64,000 nt of DNA from Cyanobacteria bacterium P01_A01_bin.123. GTDB taxonomy: Bacteria; Cyanobacteriota; Cyanobacteriia; Phormidesmidales; Phormidesmidaceae. The notes beneath the pieces were generated by a model that was given only the letters and a program-made list of their open reading frames with translations, was not told the origin of the DNA and did not search any database. The position numbers and the translations under genes are program-made. Positions within the stretch are counted from its first letter, which is position 1, and every line of letters begins with the position of its first letter. The stretch is taken from NCBI GenBank assembly GCA_039815185.1, contig JBCBZT010000034.1:25863-89862 (forward strand), written 5' to 3'. Of this stretch, positions 60,635 to 64,000 are shown piece after piece.

Positions 60635-61354
60635 CTAGAATTCAATCCCCGCCTGAGCCTTAATCCCCTGAGTTTTGAACGGATGCTTAATGAGCGTCAT
60701 TTCCGTCACCAAATCCGCCCTGTCAATCAGATCTGGGGGAGCCCCTCGCCCCGTCAAAATCACATGGGTAGCCTCTGGCTTATCTGATAGACCCGTCAAA
60801 ACTTGTTCGGGCGACAAATACCCTAACTTCAAAGCAATGTTGACTTCATCAAGCAAAACCAGCCGATAGTCTGGATCGCGAACATAGGTTAGTGCTTGCT
60901 GCCAAGCGGCTTGAGCCATTTGCACATCGCGATCGCGGTCTTGCGTTTCCCAAGTAAAGCCTTCTCCCATCGCATGAAACACAAGTTGCTCAGACCATTG
61001 ACCCAGCACTGCCTTCTCTGCCGGTTCCCACGCCCCTTTGATAAACTGCACAATCGCCACCCGAAATCCGTGGCCAAGCGAACGCAACACCATCCCCAAA
61101 GCAGCAGTCGTTTTCCCCTTGCCATTACCTGTGTAGACAATCACAAGACCTTTTTCAGCCGTTCGCTCAGCCAAACGCTGCTGCTGGACTTCTTTGCGTC
61201 GCTGCATTTTACGTTTATATTGCTGATCGCTCAATCCTGTTTCAGTCGTCGCCTCATCTAACGTCTCGGCTAGCTGATCCAACGCGGTATTCTTCTCTGA
61301 AGACTGATTAACTGAAGACTGCAATGTAACTTCACCACCACCCCGTTGAATCAT
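60635..61354 (-). CDS. cobO: Cob(I)yrinic acid a,c-diamide adenosyltransferase
   Basis: TGNGKGKTTAALG, VQFIKG, GEGFTW, LLDE, LTGR, KHPF. Confidence 0.95.
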   Translation of the reverse strand: MIQRGGGEVTLQSSVNQSSEKNTALDQLAETLDEATTETGLSDQQYKRKMQRRKEVQQQRLAERTAEKGLVIVYTGNGKGKTTAALGMVLRSLGHGFRVAIVQFIKGAWEPAEKAVLGQWSEQLVFHAMGEGFTWETQDRDRDVQMAQAAWQQALTYVRDPDYRLVLLDEVNIALKLGYLSPEQVLTGLSDKPEATHVILTGRGAPPDLIDRADLVTEMTLIKHPFKTQGIKAQAGIEF

Positions 61355-61520
61355 GAATTATTCCCTCCATCCCCTATACCAATTCTCTGAGAGCAACCGC
61401 ACTGAGCGGGAATCCGCTGTCGCGTCTACGCCCACCATCCCACTATCTCACCATCCCACCCAATCATAGAAACCATTGTCAAGCTATCTATTTAATGGTG
61501 CTACAATTCCAGAGTATCGA

Positions 61521-61594
61521 GGGCATGTAGCTCAGTTGGATAGAGCATCAGATTCCGGTTCTGGGGGTCGGGGGTTCGAATCCCTCCATGCTCG
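61521..61594 (+). tRNA. tRNA-Arg (anticodon CCG)
   Basis: Acceptor stem GGGCATG/CATGCTC, D-arm AGCTCAGTTGGATAGAGC, anticodon loop TTCCGGT, T-loop GTTCGAATC; CCA not encoded. Confidence 0.96.
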
Positions 61595-61616
61595 TACAAA
61601 GTGAAAAAGTATGAAG

Positions 61617-61648
61617 GGCAGTCAATCCAAGCAATTTGACTGCCTTTT
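61617..61648 (+). terminator. Hairpin terminator after the tRNA
   Basis: GGCAGTCAA-N10-TTGACTGCC-TTTT. Confidence 0.7.
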
Positions 61649-61716
61649 GTTACTGTTTGGTCGCAGCTCGGTGGCCACTGGCAGGGATCGAGATATAGGA
61701 AATCAAACCGCACAAC

Positions 61717-64000
61717 TCAAACTGCTTCTAGCAGGAGTCCTTGGCTATCTTTCAATTCAAAAGTGGTTAAATCGATTGGATTCTCGCTTAATGCTAAGCT
61801 CGGACTGGCTAAGGCAACTCGCCATCTGGCAAGATTTAACGGCAGCCAATCTTCTAACTTCACCACAGTTGAGTCTCCCCCCATATGCGTCACCAAGACA
61901 ACTCGCTGAGGACTGCTGTGATTTATTGCAGGACCAGTTCTCATGCCGTAGAAGATAGTTCTGCTTCCATCGCTGATACGACCAAACCGATCTTGTGATG
62001 TCAAATTTTCGCTGAGCCAAGGGTGGGCCTGTCGGTATTGTCGCAGGGTGAGGTTAAACCCAGTTTGTTGGGGGTCAAGGGTAGTGGCATAACGCTCAAC
62101 TCGGCATAGGTCGTGGCAGTCTTCCATATAGGCTTTGGCAAAGGTTTGCAATAGGGGGACGGTTACCTTTGGAGGCTGGTCAACACTTTGCTTTAGAAAA
62201 GCTTGGCAAAGCTGGGCCAAAACCTCCAAGTCATAGTTATCTCCTAGATCGGTAACAATTTTGTTTAGCCAGGTTATGAACCACCGTAGCGTTTCAAAAT
62301 CAGTGATGCCCAATTGCTTGATACGGACAAACGCGGTGGCATCGTCATAGAGCGTGGCTTCAACCCGCCAGTCGAGAAAGCCAGCTTCTTCGGCCACAAT
62401 TTTGAGGCCGTAGGTGTCGTCAGTATTGCGGAAGAAACACCAAGGGGCTCGCATCGTTGCATTGAGAAAATCCATAGGTAAGCCAGGACTAAACCCATAC
62501 ACAAAAAGTGCCACAGCTGGGTTATCGTAAGCTTGTCTAATCACAGCAGGTCGCGTTTGGCCGAGGTTCCAGTTGATATCTGCTTGGGGATCAACTTGGG
62601 TACCTCGCCGCATGGTGTCATGATTGCCACAGCCAGTGATCCAGTGAGCGCCCTGCTGCATCACTTCACATACCCGCCGCCATTTTTTGTCCCAGAAGTG
62701 CTTCAGCGTTGGCGTATTGTGGGCAAAGATTAATGGCCCCCATTGATAAGCCTCTGGCTGTTGTCTAATCACGTCTAGGTAGGTAGCACTTTCTTCCCAG
62801 CCGGCTTGAGGCCAGGGACGACCATCCTCAAAAATGGCGAATAGCTGCCGTCGGTGATCGCCAATCGTCTGCAGCACCTGACTCATTTCTTTGAGGTAAG
62901 CGTCATCATATTCAGCCCGCCCTGATTGGGGATTGAAGAATTTGAAATCTTGAGCCCCATCAACACGAATGCCATCGGCCCCGGTGTTGAGTTTGCGCCG
63001 CTGCATTTCCAATAAAATTGCTCGGATGATCGGGTTTTGATGGTTAACATCTTGACCATACATATTGGCGCCGTGCAAAAAGTGTCGATTGAGCAGCGAT
63101 TTAGACTGATTATCTGTGTGACCATAAACCAGGTCATAAATCACTTGAATTGGCCCGGTTGGAAACGTATGCAGCGTGGCGATAAATGCTATCAACTCAT
63201 CCGGACGTAAACTCTCTAGGAGAGCTGGATTGGTGGCCGATGAGGCAAACAGCACAATATCGTAGCCCCAGTTTTTAATGTCAGGTATTTTGAGGGTTGC
63301 TGTTACCGTTTTTGAGGTAGCGTCGATGGGGTCATCCCAGGTGAAAAAGCCTGACTGGTAGTTGCCTGTAGCTTGATATTCGACTACAGGTTCAATGGGT
63401 AGCAGCTGTACTGCGTCATAGGCAACGTAGTTTTCTTCCGCCGGGGTCAGGGGGGCTTGGACTTTTAGTTTATTAGCAATGTTGGCATAGAGGCGCGTGA
63501 GGCCTGCTAAGGATCCTTCTGGGGAGGCTGTGTTGACGTGCAGTTGCAGAATGTTGCGTGGGGGATGTACTTTGATGACGCTGTGACCAGCGCTTGTTTG
63601 CCCCTGCCCAAAGTAATTGAGATCGGCCCGGTGTTGCTGCAGGCGATCGCGATCGTAAAGCTCAGCTGGGGCAAACACGCCGTAGGGTAAGGAATAGGCC
63701 ATCACATCCCCAATAGTGCGTAGCTGATTCTGGACATTGACATATCGGAGCCAATAAAAACAGCCCGCCTGCCCTTTTGTGCCAGGGCGCATGCCAGCAA
63801 ACACCCCACAAAAATAGTCTCGATGTCTACGCAATGGTAAGCGATCGCGCTGAAACTCGATTACCTGTTGTGGCGCTTGAAAATCAATGGGTTCAAGGGG
63901 CGTCAGTACCTCTAAATAGATGTCTTTAGCACTGTTGATTTGATAATGGTGATCGGCTTCTGACCATCCCCAATAGCGCACCCCGCCCTGTCCAACATCG
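61717..64000 (-). CDS. gghA: Glucosylglycerol hydrolase (alpha-amylase-like); frame stays open to the window edge
   Basis: SLPYGVFAPAELYD, LQLHVNTAS, NWGYD, YDLVYGH, GIRVDGAQDF, FEDGRPWP, NHDT. Confidence 0.85.
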   Translation of the reverse strand, partial: DVGQGGVRYWGWSEADHHYQINSAKDIYLEVLTPLEPIDFQAPQQVIEFQRDRLPLRRHRDYFCGVFAGMRPGTKGQAGCFYWLRYVNVQNQLRTIGDVMAYSLPYGVFAPAELYDRDRLQQHRADLNYFGQGQTSAGHSVIKVHPPRNILQLHVNTASPEGSLAGLTRLYANIANKLKVQAPLTPAEENYVAYDAVQLLPIEPVVEYQATGNYQSGFFTWDDPIDATSKTVTATLKIPDIKNWGYDIVLFASSATNPALLESLRPDELIAFIATLHTFPTGPIQVIYDLVYGHTDNQSKSLLNRHFLHGANMYGQDVNHQNPIIRAILLEMQRRKLNTGADGIRVDGAQDFKFFNPQSGRAEYDDAYLKEMSQVLQTIGDHRRQLFAIFEDGRPWPQAGWEESATYLDVIRQQPEAYQWGPLIFAHNTPTLKHFWDKKWRRVCEVMQQGAHWITGCGNHDTMRRGTQVDPQADINWNLGQTRPAVIRQAYDNPAVALFVYGFSPGLPMDFLNATMRAPWCFFRNTDDTYGLKIVAEEAGFLDWRVEATLYDDATAFVRIKQLGITDFETLRWFITWLNKIVTDLGDNYDLEVLAQLCQAFLKQSVDQPPKVTVPLLQTFAKAYMEDCHDLCRVERYATTLDPQQTGFNLTLRQYRQAHPWLSENLTSQDRFGRISDGSRTIFYGMRTGPAINHSSPQRVVLVTHMGGDSTVVKLEDWLPLNLARWRVALASPSLALSENPIDLTTFELKDSQGLLLEAV

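Noticed and set aside
61521..61594. tRNA-Arg as an island integration site
   Set aside because: Flanked by cobO and gghA; no integrase or duplicated tRNA 3' end seen

Overview
Cyanobacterial chromosome segment: frequent HIP1 GCGATCGC octamers, plus psaD, chlM, amt1 and gghA. The right third (about 42.9-64 kb) is mostly housekeeping (chlM, nagA, purE, amt1, psaD, trpE, rlpA-like, cobO, tRNA-Arg-CCG, gghA). The left two-thirds is accessory. (i) 1-6.2 kb is a minus-strand nitrogen cluster: a second Amt, an animal-type EF-hand/ankyrin glutaminase, a MinD/ParA-like ATPase, a bacterial glutaminase and a flavin amine/amino-acid oxidase. (ii) 6.9-12.1 kb is a pair of AAA_35-like P-loop proteins, one HTH-fused with a degenerate Walker B and one with a membrane helix plus WD40 propellers; the HTH gene is flanked by matching 9-bp direct repeats. 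(iii) 12.4-26.8 kb is a two-component/NDH-2/DoxX/RND block with a shared 16-bp promoter box. (iv) A PEP-CTERM protein has four 129-aa repeats that resemble the FolB T-fold. (v) 28.9-39.1 kb is a mosaic of gene remnants around a methyltransferase, a desaturase-like gene and a histidine-phosphatase/BASS-like transporter/EF-hand fusion. The best candidates for an undescribed system are the AAA_35 sensor-regulator pair with the glutaminase/Amt cluster, the four-T-fold surface protein and the phosphatase-transporter fusion. All product calls come from reading motifs by eye; no searches were run.
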